DNA from: Isurus oxyrinchus
Lineage: Eukaryota
Assembly (NCBI GenBank): GCA_026770705.1
Contig: JANJGN010000017.1
Coordinates: forward strand, 31,434,001 to 31,498,000
Reading direction: 5' to 3'
DNA: 64,000 nt
Part shown: piece by piece, positions 26,416 through 38,659 of the stretch
How positions within the stretch are numbered: position 1 is the stretch's first letter
Layout of the letters: each line of letters opens with the position of its first letter
The notes under the pieces: generated by a model
Seen by the model: only the letters and a program-made list of their open reading frames with translations
Told to the model about the DNA's origin: nothing
Database searches by the model: none
Program-made: the position numbers and the translations under genes

Positions 26416-27368
26416 AAAATCTTCCGCTTAATATACAATATTCAGAGTGTAGTGGATTAATAGAAACAGATCTATAAGTTCAGCTAAATAATTGCCCATT
26501 CAGGAGAATAATTTAAAAAAACTTTCAATCAATTTTAATCTTATTTTTAAATAGATCAGTTAATTTCACTTCAGTGTTTTAATCTGGTAGTACCTTCTAT
26601 TATTATCCACCTTATTGAGAACATTAGGTATATGCAGCAACTGACAACTAGTTTTACGTAGCAAAGTATATTTATTTTCATTTGCTTGCAAAGCTAAATG
26701 TTTTGTCCTAATTAAGATGGAGATGGATTTAGTTTTATGGACATTAATGCAAAGGTATTCAATTCATTCATCAGAAGTAATTGATAATTTACATATCTTC
26801 TGGTTGAATGTGTACATAAAACTTCCTATAACACAACAAAAGATATAAGAATTATTGCAAGCAGCCAAAATGAAAAGTATCCATGGACAGAATTTTCCCA
26901 TTGGCATGTGGGGGCGGGCCCCACACGCTTGTGCATAAGCAACATTGGGCGAGCGTCCCGACGTCACTGCACACCATCGCAATATTACGTTAGAGGGGCG
27001 CGCATCAGATATCATCGCGCGCCCGCCATTAATTAACGCGCCACTTAAGGCCGTTGAGGTGCCAATCGCCAGGGATTTTTCAGCGCCCGTGTGATCTTTG
27101 GATTGGCGCACGGGTGCAATGGGCAGGTGGGTAGGACACAATTGTATAAACCTCATCCGCGGGCGGGATAAGAGGGCTCAGTGGGTGGTGAGTGTGCTCT
27201 GTCAAATATTGTTTTTTCAAAGTTACTGACACTTACCTCTGTGATCTGCAATACTTCAAAATGCATACCAGCTGCTTGGTCCGGACTCACAGCTTTCAGG
27301 TCAGCACCCTGCAGTGAAGAATCTTTTTGGGGCCTGCAGCTTTCAGGAAGCCTTCCCTTAACCTGGGA

Positions 27369-28577
27369 ATGGGAGCTGATCTCTCCAGTAAAGGCACCTC
27401 CTCTGAGGAGGAAGGGAGGGCTAGAAGAGGGAGGAGGCCAGGAGTGCACATTCAGCCTCCAGGTGAGCCATCTTTAGGAAGGCAGGCACAGGCACAAGGG
27501 GTGTAGGGCCTAGAGATAGTCCAAGGCAGAAGGGGCTGCAGAAGATGCCACTATCCTGCTGCCAGGGTATACAGGCGGCGAAGCAGCTACCTCAATATAT
27601 TTGAGGTGCAGTTCCGAAGGAGGCTCTGTCTCTCAAGGGAGACAGTCAACTATATCTGCCAGATGATTGGGCCTGAGATCTCTGCGAACTGTGTGGGTGG
27701 ACACCCCATGCCAGTGGCTCTAAAGGTCACAGCTGCCCTCAGGTGGGTGATCTTTGCGGTGTCTCCCAATCAGCTGTCAACACTTGTGTCAAGCATGTTA
27801 CAGATGCTCTGTTCAGGCGTGCATTGACCTTCGTCCACTTCCACTGGGACCAGGCAAGCCAGACACAGTGAGCCAGAGGCTTTGCGGCCATTGCTGGCTT
27901 CCCCCGTGTCCAGGGTGCAATAGACTGCACGCATGTGGCCATCAAGGCGGCAGCAGGTGAGCCCGGTGCCTTCGTCAACAGGAAGAGCTTCCACTTCATG
28001 AACCTGCAGATAGTGTGTGATCACAGGATGCAGATTCTACAAGTCTGTGCAAGGTACCCAGGCAGCTCCCACAATGCCTACATCCTCAGACACTTACAGG
28101 TGCCGGGGCTCTTCAGTGCTCCAGCCCAGCTGGATGGATGGATGGCTGGTGGGTGACAAGGGCTATCCCCTCAGAAGGTGGCTCATGACGCCTCTCCACC
28201 ATCCAAGAACAGAAGCTGAGCAGCAGTACAATAGGAGCCACGTTTCCACAAGGGCTGTGGTGGAGAGAACCATTGGTCGACTCAAGATGTACTTCTGATG
28301 CCTGGACCGCTCAGGGGGCGCACTCCAGTACCTCCTAGATCGTGTGTTTTTGATAGTGGTTGCATGCTGCGCTCTTCACAATCTTGCGCTGGAAAGGGGG
28401 GACACTGTGGATGATGAAGATGTAGACACAGTGGCTGCGGATGCACATGATGAGTCCAGCAGCGGGTCCAAGGATGAGCAGGCACAGGGAAATGCTGAGG
28501 GGGTAGACGCTGACCCAGGCACACTCCAGGGAGGCAGGGACACCCGGGAGGCTTTAATCCAATGAACCTTCAGCTAG
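27369..28577 (+). pseudogene. Harbinger (HARBI1-like) DDE transposase, frameshifted
   Basis: [80 protein letters not shown] spread across frames, with internal stops. Confidence 0.92.
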
Positions 28578-28899
28578 CACAGCACATGTGGACCTCCAGG
28601 ACAAGCCTGGGCTGCAGGCTCCATACTCAATACCTAAATGCAAAATCTGCCTGGATAGGAACATTAACTAAGGGCCTTGTTAATAAAGCTGAATGTCCCA
28701 CAAATCACTCATTACATTTTTGGAAACCATCCACCTGCAGAGGAAAAGAGGCACCCTCAGCCATGGTGACTTCTGAATTTAACATTGCAACCAAAGGAAC
28801 TTAAGAAAACAAAATGACAAAGGTGTTAAAAATCACACCAACACATAAAGACCTCATTGCGGGCCAACACAAAAGCACCAGTGATAAACCCATGTTGTG

Positions 28900-31110
28900 C
28901 CTGAGGTGCCTTATGTTTATGTTTTCGGGTACTATGTCCTGGTGCTGCTCCATCGCTGGGAGTGACATCTGACATAACCTGCTGACTCTGCTGTCCTGTT
29001 GGCCTCGATGACCGTGGCGGCCGTCCTCTGGCCTGTGGAGCCTGTGCTGGGCCCACCTGGGAGGGAGCTGCCAGGTCCACAGCTGGCATTTCCCCAGTCG
29101 TCGCAGCCTCACCGAATGCAACAGTCACTGGCAGGGGGCGGAGGAGCTACCGCCCTCATCTGGAGCACCCTGAGAGGAGCCCGCAGAGATGACAGGTGAC
29201 TGCTGCGCTGACGTGAGGTCGCTTCAGACCTACCTGTTCACTATGGATGGATGGGCACCGAGCTAGGAAACTTGGTGCCCAGACCATCACCCAGACATTG
29301 GCACTGACCAGCTGAGGTCAATGCCGATGTAAGGGCTTGCTGGTCCGAGGGCATCCTCAGGAAGTCCTGATTGGACTCCTGGAGGAGCCTCTCCACGAGA
29401 GTCGCCAGTCTCTCCATGGAGGACGCATGGCGCTCGGCCATGAGGCTCATCGCTTCGGTGATTGTCTATGTAGACTCCTCCACCACTGACACCAAGACAA
29501 GCATTGCCTCATGTTTCTCCACCAGATGCTCCCGCCCACCCGGCCGCATTTCCTGCATTTGCTGCGTCGTGGGCAACACCAGAGCCACATCATCAGGCAC
29601 CGACTGAGCATGTGCCTGGTCCCCTGCAGTCCTTTGATTGCTGGCGCCATGGGCACTCTCTGTCTCTGCCAGCTCCTCCAGCAACTGTGAAGTGCCCTCA
29701 CTGCTGTGCCCCAGGACACTAGCCGATGTTCTAATTCCCACCGAGGTGCTAGTATCTGCGCTGATGCCTGCCTGGCAGAGATGGTGAGATGCTGGTGAGT
29801 CCGTGACTTCAGGGCCCTCAGGTGTGAGGGGGAGTCTCTGCTGCTGCTCCTCCCAGCACTGTTCTCCTGATGCTGAAAGGAAGAACAAGGACATTGGATC
29901 AGTTAACAGGGAGACAATGTCAAAGTGCATCCCTGTCCCCTGGACCATTTTGCGCTCATCCTGCCATAAGCAATGGTCAAGCCATGTTGCAAACTTCAAT
30001 CTCTGAACATTCAGAACTGCCATAGCTGTTGAGAGAACAATGGTGACCTCACTGCTGGGCAAACATACCTGCCCATGGCACCCCAGCCTCACCCACACTG
30101 GTGGACCTGGGTGCATGGCGCCTCTCCAAATCCAGGGCCTCCTGCTCGAAGCAGCTGAGACTCACCAACTGTGCCGGGCCGCCGCAAGTCCTCACCTGCT
30201 TGGCGGCATTATGGCGGCACTCTTCTCCTGAAAAGGATAGAAGAGCATTAATTAGTGCTACTTGTACCCGAACTCGCTTTGCAGCCGGTCCACTCCAACC
30301 AGAGTGGGACATATCAAGGCTCCAGTGCCTTCTCATCTCGCTACTGCTGAACACTCACATAAAGATGCCAGACCTGTCCCCCAACCCTGCCACTCCCTTG
30401 GCCAAATGCTGCCTACATCACATTAGGAACCACAAGGTCAAAGCATCCATAGCAAGGAGGCGCAAGCACATGAAGCACAGAGGAGAACAGGTCGATTGGT
30501 GCCAACGCCACCTTGAAGCTCCCCTCCCAGAATGTCATCACCCTGACTTTGACATGTCCTGGAGTTCCAGCACTGCGCCGAGGTGCAGCTCCTCCAGGTT
30601 GCCCCCAAAACAGTGGGTCTCAGTATACCACATGCTGCGAGTGCAGAGCCCATCTCTCCACCACCCTCTCAGGGTGACCTCGGCATGGGTAATATCTGCT
30701 GGCCCACCCAGCGATGGACACATGGCGTCAATGATTCAATGCAGTCACTACACTCAGACTTGGGGGGTGGGGGTGGGGGTGGGCAACCGGGGGGAACCCT
30801 ACCTGCTAGGTTATGTGACCAATGCCAACATGGTACCCACCCTTCCTGAACGCAACAGGCCATTGAAGCGCTTGCGACACATGATCCAGGTGCGCTGCAC
30901 CATGTCGTGGGAGCTCACCACCTCCGCCACCTCCTCCCAGGCACCTTTGGTCATGTGGGGGAGGGGCTACTCCTCCCATCCTGGGGTATGAGGACCTCCC
31001 GCTGTGCTGCCACCTCCTCGAGGAGGGCAGCAAGACAATCATCGTAAAAACGAGGGGCACTGTGCCCCCCTGCCCTACCCTCCTGCCTGGCCTGCTCACC
31101 AGCAGCGCTC
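28900..31110 (-). pseudogene. Harbinger Myb/SANT DNA-binding gene, spliced and decayed
   Basis: Minus-strand WEEVAEVVSSHDMVQRTWIMCRKRFNGLLRSGR, then donor gtgggt at 30840; acceptor ttttcag ending 30228; outer limits approximate. Confidence 0.75.
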
Positions 31111-31935
31111 TGGGGAGCCCTCCCACTGGCCGTGATTCACAGCCTTTGAAAGGCTGCAGCAACTTTTTAAAACAGGTCGCGGGTCGCCATTGGGCCTGGT
31201 GGTCACTGTAGTCCTGCCACCGCCCACCCACTCCCGCTGTCCTCTGGAGCCGCGATTCACGTTGGGCAGGCTTAATTGGCCCGCCCGCGTAAAATGGCTG
31301 CGTGGACCTGATCGCGGGCAGCGACCAGGTCCACACCCGCCCACGCCTGCTCCTGCACCACCCACCTGACAGGCAGAAAATTCTGCCCCATGTTTCATGT
31401 AACAGAGGATGGCGTGCACATTCATCAAAGTCCTAACACCATCTTAGAAATAGTGAAAAACCCTGTACTATGGTTTAATGTTACATTGATTGCAAAACAT
31501 ATGCATCTGTCATAGATAATTAATCTGGAGATGGCCCAGTGAATTATGAAAATGTAGATTGCGTTCTGTCACAGTAGGAAGTATCTTACACTATTTTATA
31601 ATGCAAATAGACTGAAACGTACTCTGTCCAATTTTAGCATATGCTAAATATAATAAGAAAATAAGATAATTGTCACCACAGCTAATGCTTAAAAAAGGAA
31701 TGTAAAAGCTTTCAGCAAAACAAATGATCTACATTAAAATAGTCCCAGTATTATTTCCAGTTACACAATACAGATATAATTTCTCACTTAAGTCGTTTGA
31801 AGATCAAAAAGCAGGTTTGCAAGAAAATTCTGTCTCAGGATGGTTTTGATGGGAATGATAGTTTCAAGTGCAGTTATACTAATAACGTGTTGTCCAGAAG
31901 TTTTAAAGTATGAAACAGTACATGAACATTTTATT

Positions 31936-32441
31936 GGGCAGAATCTTCATTGAGGAGTCAGGGGAGGGGGTCTGGCCTGCCAGCTGGAGAGCCGGCAAGA
32001 GACCTGCACTGCCTTGTTTCGGGAAGGCCTGCTGATCACAAGACAATCAGTAGTGAGGCCCCCAGCAGGCCTGCCCCTGGAATCAAGACCTCATGGGCAG
32101 ACATCTGCCTGGCGAGAGCTGTTGACCAATCAGACTGGCAGCTCATGCACTCACTGAGGAGGCCATGATTGCTGCTGAAAGGACGCCCTCAGAGACCCAA
32201 GATTGGGGAGTGACCAATTTGAGGGAGTGGGGGTGGGGGTGGCTAGATTTACAGGGTAGGGGTCACCGGGAGGGGGGAGGTAGGGTCAGAAGCAAAGGAA
32301 GGGGGTTGGCTCTGAGCGGAACCCACTTCCAGATGTCCAGTTCTTCAATGGGACTCTGATTGCCTTTGATCGTGGAACCCGATGCAATTACATACCCTTC
32401 CCACCTCCGAGCTTGTCACCAGAGTGCAGAAGATTCCACCC
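31936..32441. mobile_element. Harbinger-type MITE
   Basis: TIRs gggcagaatcttc / gaagattccaccc; flanks att / atg. Confidence 0.75.
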
Positions 32442-32666
32442 ATGATGTCACATTTCAAGACATAAATTTGATTCCTAGTAGCCGAAGAACCATTATGTAA
32501 AAATATACTGTAACAATACAATTTGGACCAAACACAGATGGGAATAAATCTATTAACAGAAAGTGAAATGCATCGAACAGAAGAGGGGCAGCAACATTTT
32601 GGCTCTCCCATTGTTCACTTAGTGCCACATTTTATAAATCCAATCATAATTTTAATTTTCTGCAAA

Positions 32667-33000
32667 GGAGTTGGTGGCATAGTGGTATTGTCACTGGACT
32701 AGTAATCCAGAGACCCAGCATAATGCTCTGGGGATCCAGGTTTGAACCCCACCATGGCAAATGGTGAAATTTGAATTCAATAAAAATCTGATGTTTATTA
32801 TGAAGCCAATGCTCATTGTCATAAAAACCCATCTGATTCAGTGATGTCCTTTAGGAATGACCTGGTCTGACCTACATGTGACTCCAGACCCACAGCAATG
32901 TGGCTGACTCTTAAAATGCCCTCATAACAAGGGCACTTAGGGATGGGCAATAAATGCTGGTCCAGCCGCAATGCCCACATTCCATAAACGAAAAAAAAAT
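32667..33000 (+). mobile_element. tRNA-derived SINE with family-B LINE 3' tail
   Basis: A-box tggcatagtgg, B-box-like ggtttgaacccc, tail ggatgggcaataaatgctggtccagcc followed by an A-run. Confidence 0.85.
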
Positions 33001-33879
33001 TGCCATGATGCCTTAAAAAATATAGGAATGTTGTAGGAGATAAGAATTCTTGGGAGAATTGTGACAAAAGAACAATAATGTATATTTTTCATTAAATGTG
33101 GCTGGTGGTGCTAGCATGGAATGTGTGAGTAGTGATCAGGAAACCAGCTGGCATTCTTATTGCTGGACTGATGCCTGTTTTATAGATAATGTGCATGACT
33201 GTCATTTCATTATTGAAATGACAGACAATGAAACTATAGTGAATATAAGCATGATTCTCTTCTGCTCTTGTGGGTGCTGCACTTTGCCCAAGTTCACCCA
33301 GAAGGAAATGAATGGATCAGGAGAATTCCAGGTAGAAATCAAGAGAGAGTTTAAAGCTGGAATCATACCATGACCTTTAGTTGGGAGTACCCTTTTTATA
33401 ATGGATTTCTGAGAGCTGAGTTTTTAAGTGTTTGTGTTTATTTTGAACATTTTGGCCTTGGATTTCTGGTTGCAACTTTTCTGATTGTTGCAATTCAGCT
33501 TTGGAATGTAGGGATTCTTTTAGGTACACCTCTCTTTTTGTATTATTTGGAGTTGGAAGAAGGATAAGATGGGTTTCATTGCACCAGTTGTGGATTGTAC
33601 TTGGCCATGCACATCTATTTGGGAATGTCTGAGACAAAACAGCCTTTGCATGCTCTATTTCACCATGGAGACTGTGATGGAGTGTGCAGCCAGCTGCAAT
33701 CTGACCTGCAGCTGTTCTCCAATACAGGGACATTATCTCTCGTGGCGACCAAGATCGGCGCAGCTCTGCAATTTTATTCCTTAGGCCCATTTCAAAGTAT
33801 CCAAAGGGACATTGGCAACAGCAATTAATTTGCAGTGTACTGGTGCATCAAGTAGGCCATTGATAAGCTGCGCACCAGA

Positions 33880-34095
33880 GAATTCAGAGAATTCGACATG
33901 GAAACCCATTGGCGAATTTGGAACATAGAGAATGATTGATCACACCCATGGGTCCCTGGAGAGAGTCGCATAACCTTACTACAAGTGGTACTACTCCATC
34001 AGTGTGCTCGGTGCCAGTGACCAGCAACACAGATCATGCAAGTCAATGTCCACTTCACAGGTTTCAAGCATGGCCTGTTCATTTTAAGGGAGAAT
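33880..34095 (+). pseudogene. Very old Harbinger transposase remnant
   Basis: MIDHTH-like and D..HRIMQVNVHF.G..H...IL-like motifs in the expected order; heavily degraded. Confidence 0.45.
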
Positions 34096-34179
34096 GTAAG
34101 TTGTAGAAATAGTTGCTAACAGGGTCAAGTGTTGATGTGTTGGAACTTTGAAGAACACAGTGTAACACTAAGATGAACT

Positions 34180-34740
34180 TCCATATCTTCCCCATCTCCA
34201 GGACTTCCTTAATGTCACCCTTCTCCATCCCAACTGCAACCCATCTGCTTCTGAAACCCTAATCCATGCTTTTGTTACCTCCCAGACTTGATAATTCCAA
34301 AGCTCCTATATTCCACATTCTGTAAATTTAATTGCATCCAAAGCTTAGCTACCCCTTTCCTAGCTTACACAATGTCCTGTTCATCCATCACCCCATGACT
34401 GCTGACCCACATTGCTTCACCAATGCCTCGATTTCAAATTCCTTGTGTTCAAATCCCTCCGTGGCCTTGTCCCTTCCTATCTTTGTAAACTTCCAGCCCT
34501 CTAACCATCCAAGGCCTCTGCACCCATCCAACTTGGCTTTTTGTGAATCACCCACTTCCTTCTCCCCAACATTGGGGGCCATGTGTTCAGCTCTCTTGGC
34601 TCTAGGTTCTGGAAACTTTTCCTCAGACTTTTGCACCTTTTCACCTCTCTCCTCCTTTAAGATGCTGCTTAAAACTTAACACATTTCTGGTCACCTGTCC
34701 TAATGTCTTCTCCTTTGGCTTGGTTTCAGTTTGTGCTTCT
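34180..34740 (+). mobile_element. L2 LINE 3' fragment
   Basis: gaaaccctaatccatgcttttgttacctcc.agacttgat reads ETLIHAFVTS(R)LD, typical of the L2 ORF2 C-terminus; ..FKMLLKT end. Confidence 0.72.
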
Positions 34741-35117
34741 TGCACCTTACAAGTTTTACTGTGTTAAAAACACACTATAACTGCACCTTGTTAATAGCAC
34801 TCCAGTTTACCCTCGGCTCCAGGCATAAGTATTTTGTTGAAAACTTTAGTGGGCTTACTTTTCCAACTACTAACGTGACAATAACTTCAGTTGGATGTGC
34901 TAGTAATAACAAGTGCTCAGCTGCAATACAGGCACATAAATGAAGCTTTGAAAGAAACTGTGCTTTCTGAAGGTTTAGCTCGCAGCTCCAATAATGATGT
35001 AACAAATAAAGAAGAAACTTTGTGACCTGCCTACTTTGTCCTTTTATTTTTTATATAGGGAAAAACTGACCAGACTTATTTTAGCAGACTTCTTGAAGCT
35101 CTTAAACATTTCAAGTC

Positions 35118-35806
35118 AGGCAGAATTTTACAGAGACCCTGTCCCCCCCAGAGAGGCGTTAACTGGTTCATGGTGAGACTTCCACCTCCATCTGTGGGGT
35201 GGGTGGGGGGGGATGTTCCCACCTCCGAGAGCTGCCAACCAATCAAATGGCCAGCAAATTCTCTGATCCTAGCAGCACCACTGGAAATTGTGGCTACTGC
35301 TGGGATTGCAGCCAGTCCCCAACAGTGATCATTGCTGGAGCTGGATGGGAAAACATGTGGGGGGTGGTTGTGTGCAGTTTCGGTGGGTCTAGGTCAGCAG
35401 GCCCTGATGGGTGGAGTGGGGAGTCAGATGGACAGGCCACAGGGAGAGGAAAACTCAGGGGGCCCTCTGCTGGGCCTAGAGGGCCTGTAAAGGAGATACA
35501 CCTGGCCTTTGCTTGCCACCAGTCTGAGCAGTGAAAGCTGCTAGGCTTCCTACTTGGCGCTGGCCTCTGCCTGACATGGGAAACATTACAGTGGGGATGG
35601 GAAGAGACCCTTAAGTAGCCATTAATTGGCCACAGAAGGACCTTAATTGGTTCATGGGTGGGTGGCTCGACTGACAACTGTCCCGCCGCATGTAAAATTG
35701 TGGTGGAGGCATGTGGTAGACACTGGAAAAGGAACCAATAGCAATATGCTCAATTTTATGCCCACTGCATGCCTGCCAACTCTCCCTGGGGAGCATAAAA
35801 TTCTGC
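35118..35806. mobile_element. Harbinger-type MITE
   Basis: gcagaatttta / taaaattctgc inverted ends; shares ccaatca and ttaattggcc motifs with other MITEs. Confidence 0.72.
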
Positions 35807-35827
35807 AGATAATCTCCCATTTCCTAA

Positions 35828-36214
35828 GGGTGTTGAATTTCCTATCATGCCTATTGGTGAGATTGTCCTTCGCTGCTAGGAATGGTCATCTTCCTTGTCC
35901 TCATTTATCCAGCAGATCTTCAAGTGTAGTATCAGTGAATGTGGGTGTAATATGGCAGCTCTAAGCCACATTACTCCCACATGGCCCTGGAGGTGAGATT
36001 ACAGCCCTTTAAATGGCATCTGCAACCCTCAAAATCTCTATCAGTTGTGTCAGTGCTTCCTCAGATGACTCAGTGTGCAAGTAGGAGTCCGTATAGATCG
36101 GATAATTTATGTAAATCGTGAACATTTGATCCAAATGGTCAGACTCTTGTTCTGCAGCATCAGCTGCATTGTGCCGTTCCTGCCTGAATTGTGCATGAGC
36201 AGGAATTCCACCCC
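35828..36214. mobile_element. Old TIR element (probable Harbinger MITE)
   Basis: gggtgttgaatttcctatcatgc versus gcatgagcaggaattccacccc (inverted); flanks taa / tta. Confidence 0.5.
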
Positions 36215-36387
36215 TTAATTAAGGAGTAGAGTCCATGATAGTTTAAATTTTATACTGCCTGGTTGGAAGGGATGAACCTAATAGCCTGAGTATCCATTAC
36301 TCGTTATCTACATTGCATCCTTGTGTTTGTTGATTAACAATTTAGCATGCTCTTGTTTCAAACACAGTATAGTTACAATAACACTTA

Positions 36388-36646
36388 TTTTCCTGGCTGC
36401 TATCTCCTGAAAAGGAAAAAAAGTGACATTCTGTTAAAGCTTAATACGCTTTCCTTCCTACACAGTGCTGCAGCACTATGACAAGCTGAAAACCTAGAAA
36501 TGGAAAATTAACTGCACTGTCCAAGCTTTTTCAGCTGCAAAGGTCCAATAATAACATAGCTGATGCCCTACTTATATGAAAAATAATGCTTAGCTAGACG
36601 CTGTTACCTGAAGTTTTCCTTTTCGCTGAGTATTGCAGCCAGGAAA
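36388..36646. repeat. Degenerate ~260-bp palindrome
   Basis: tttcctggctgctatctcctgaaaaggaaaa versus ttttccttttcgctgagtattgcagccaggaaa; weaker symmetry continues inward. Confidence 0.75.
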
Positions 36647-38659
36647 GTACTTTAATTATTAAAGATTTTGCAGACTTTAGCTGCTGGCAACTGGACAGAA
36701 CACAGACTAAACAGAACACTAATTAATTTCCATCTGAAGAATACTGATGCACTTTAATCAAGGTGATATTTAACTTGTAATAAGAAAAAGTAGATCTGTT
36801 CATTTGTTTGGCTGAAAGTCCTTGCACCATCTCCCTTTCTCTCCTCTCCCATATACTGTCATTCTTTCATAACATCAGATTAAGTGAACATATTCCTAAT
36901 GTGTTGTTTAAGGTGTCATGATTGCTATGAATGCAAGTCATGCCTTAATTTTTGGTTTTGAAAATTGGTGGGATCAAATTGCTATTTTTGCATTGATTGA
37001 TGACTGAAAAGTTGTGTGTGTAAAATAAGTCACAACATTCAACCACAATGCTTAACTCTCCAAAACAGTTTACAGTTTTATATTTTGATGTTTCTCAGGA
37101 TTAGCACATTAGCAGTGGATTTGCTATATACAGTTAATCTCACAAAATCAAAGCGGGTTGTTCTGAACCAAATGTATCACAAAATCTACTTAACAGATAA
37201 TTGGGTGAATGCGTTGCCATGCATATGTTAAGATACCATTTCTCTAGTGCTTTCCAGGCAGTACTTTTGTTCTTTTTAGCTGAACTTACTGAAGATATCT
37301 CAGCTTATTCTTTTGACTCTGGCTAGTGTTGTGTTATGATTTATCTCTTCAGTAATTAACACACATCCTTAGATCCTCAATATAACCATTGTATTATACA
37401 AAACATAATTGGAAAATGCTATAGAAAGATTCCAATTGTGTTGCATTTGACTAAATAATAAGTATAATTTGAAGCATTTCACAACTATTTTCTTGTAATA
37501 TTTCTTGTCATATTCCACTCAGTATGTTAAACTGCTGTGCTAAAGCAGGCAGTTAGTCAAGGACAAAAGTTCTAGAAGAAGGTAAAAATAAAAATGTTGA
37601 AAGTTTGCAACCTGACCCAATTTCACAAGCTGCCTCAGGGGTGGATGTGCTGGCCTGGCTTTCATGTCTGGTTCTCCTGTTGTTTTGAAAGGACAGGATT
37701 ATTAGGTAGGTCAGATGTGTGCTAAATAAAAATTATACCAGCAAAAAGTTTTCTTTGAAGTTGCAGTGCACGTTACCCTCATTATAAAGTGCCTGCACTT
37801 CTCTCTAGCTGTATCTGAGTAGGCAGTCTGAATTTCCTGTCAGCCTCACTATCTCTCAGTTCTGCTCAGAAATATCTGGCGGCCAGCCACTGCCAATTTC
37901 TCTGAGCATTTTCCGCCTTTATCCCCATTCAGTGGAGTCTGCTGAGTGCTAATCTGGTTTAAATGAAAGGTTCTCCCAGTGCAGCAGGCACTTGAATTTG
38001 CTGTTGTGGATGATCATAACTTTTTATGGTGTCTCTTTCCTGTCTCTTGTGTCATCTTGTTACTGCTTGTTCCCTGTCTCCTCTTCATTTTTGGCATGTT
38101 GGTATGGTATGCGTGGCAAAGACCAAAGGCAGCATGCTACATTTGCTGTAGCGGTGGTGCAGAAAATCTGGCCTTGGGTTCGCTCCTGTCCCCTATGCCC
38201 GCAGAATTGCCCACGTTCCTCTCCACATCTCAGTCCCATCAATGCTTCCTGTCCTTTCATTTTCCTATTATTTGTCCTCCGCTCGGTCTGTGTCATAATT
38301 ATAAAACCCTTAAGTATCCATTCACCCCTCTGCCTCTCCTGCCAGAGGGTGAGAGGCCTCGTGTCCCCACCAGACCTGGCTACTCTAGCCCTCTGTGTGC
38401 TGGCCTTCCTTCCTGCACCCTCCTTATCCATGGAAAATTTTGTTGGCCTCATCATGTACTGCATTCTTTTTGGCTGTCAGGTCTCTATCCCGTAATATGC
38501 AAAATCTAAAATCTTTGTATTTGTCTTTAAATCTCTTTATGGCCTCAGTGGGTAATCTTCTCCAGCTTTATAACCCTTATGAATATTCCTTCACCCTGAA
38601 TCTGGCCTTTTGGGCACTCCTTACAGGGTTAAATTAACACAACCTACATAAATTTGACT

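Larger units (their letters stand above)
26885..31388 (+). mobile_element. Full-length (4.5 kb) PIF/Harbinger transposon, copy 2
   Basis: TIRs ggacagaatttt / aaaattctgccc; TSD cat / cat; two convergent genes. Confidence 0.93.

Noticed and set aside
27369-28577. Domesticated HARBI1 host gene
   Set aside because: Frameshifts and stops, flanked by TIRs and a TSD, so a transposon copy
30101-30991. Longest ORF in the track (296 aa, +)
   Set aside because: Antisense to the Harbinger Myb exon/intron in GC-rich DNA; no recognisable motif
37979-38509. 176-aa hydrophobic ORF
   Set aside because: Non-ATG start, pyrimidine-rich composition, open in several frames, no motif or splice support
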